From contig VJWM01000119.1 in the NCBI GenBank assembly GCA_010909165.1, forward strand, positions 496,001 through 560,000: a DNA stretch of 64,000 nucleotides. Direction: 5' to 3'. Position numbers and translations under genes: made by a program. The notes under the pieces were generated by a model. It was given only the letters and a program-made list of their open reading frames with translations. It was not told the DNA's origin and did no database searches. Positions within the stretch are counted from its first letter, which is position 1; the number at the start of each line of letters is the position of its first letter. This document shows, piece by piece, positions 63,006-64,000 of the stretch. Source of the stretch: Anthoceros angustus. Lineage: Eukaryota > Plantae > Anthocerotophyta.

Positions 63006-64000
63006 GTGACTAGTCTTTGTTTGCAAGGGTCCAAACTCCTGCTTCCTTCCTTCATTTATTATGAAGTGCGCTTGCGCCCATGAACTCACACAAGGAGTGA
63101 GTATGTAGGCACAAGCACGTTCATTAAAAATAAATAGTCACACATGTTTCAACAAGACAAGAAATACAGCCTCTCAATTTAAGAACAAGTATTGAGAACT
63201 TCCCAGTGAGTGTAAAGATCACTTAAACTTTCTCAAAGAAATTGAAATCATACAATACCTTGAGAACGCCGAGGTCAAGACATTGAGAGTGAAGGATCAA
63301 ATATTAGCCCATGGTAATGGAGTGGCGAACAATTGTAAATATGTTTCATTTGTGGAGCGCTTAAGATTTCAATAATTTGCACACATTCACACGCTTTAGT
63401 TAAATTCGATTGAATTTTGGTGGCTAAATTAGAATTCCACAAGAAGCCAACTTAAAGAAATTAACTCCATACTAACTCTAACACTCGGGCTCTTGAGCCC
63501 GATCAACAAGAACCTAGAAATCAAAAATCTTAGATTGTAAAGGCAATGCAAGATATATCTCAATCTTGGACCCATATTATTATTGACAACAACGGCCATT
63601 CATTATCATACGCCTAAAGTTTTGCGAGCTGGTATAGTTTCACGGATTTATTTTAGGTACAATTTAAAAGGTTCAAGTTAACGATAACCCCACATAGACT
63701 TCATATCATATTTCTCTAACCCGACATTTATATGTATTAGAAACTTGAGGACGGTAGCGTAATCTGTAAGCAATAAAAATAAGCTCTATTGAATTCCACG
63801 TGTTGAAGTTCTCTCGATAGACTCGGTTTGGATCGACCAACGTGCGTGTCTTAATGCATGAGCGGTGATCTCTTCAGCGATGGCTTCCGCTATTGTTTAT
63901 GGTAAATCCTATGATTCCAGTGTTCAGAGGCTTTGCTAAGTATGTTGTTAGTATATCATGTGTGCACTGCAATCTGGTCCACTTAGCTTGTCTAGGACTT

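Overview
This is eukaryotic nuclear DNA from a land plant with a compact genome (short GT-AG introns, GC-rich exons). A hornwort or lycophyte is my inference and cannot be proven from the sequence. 1-35 kb is colinear and holds SERINC, intronless cyclin B with MSA elements, SWC2/VPS72, FAX/TMEM14, an intronless SERK-like LRR-RLK, an ASHR3-like PHD-SET gene, an intron-containing tRNA-Met, an NPF transporter and PRA1. Among these sit a hAT-type MITE, a 5'-truncated and internally inverted CRE-like RLE retrotransposon with small TSD-flanked 3'-tail copies, and three members of a two-exon BED-finger repeat family. About 35.6-59.8 kb is a same-strand patchwork of re-used fragments from 32.6-62.1 kb (trihelix Myb/SANT fragment, MnSOD, LSM4, MadBub/BUB1, TH2). 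The pieces are joined mostly at 9-11 bp microhomologies, several of them reciprocal. A k-mer-graph assembly artefact is the most likely cause; a real template-switching rearrangement is the less likely alternative. I found no convincing new multi-gene system. The best biological leads are the BED-finger family with interchangeable exon 2, the ABBA-motif array in MadBub, the NPF with a degenerate ExxER motif, and the CRE-like tail insertions.
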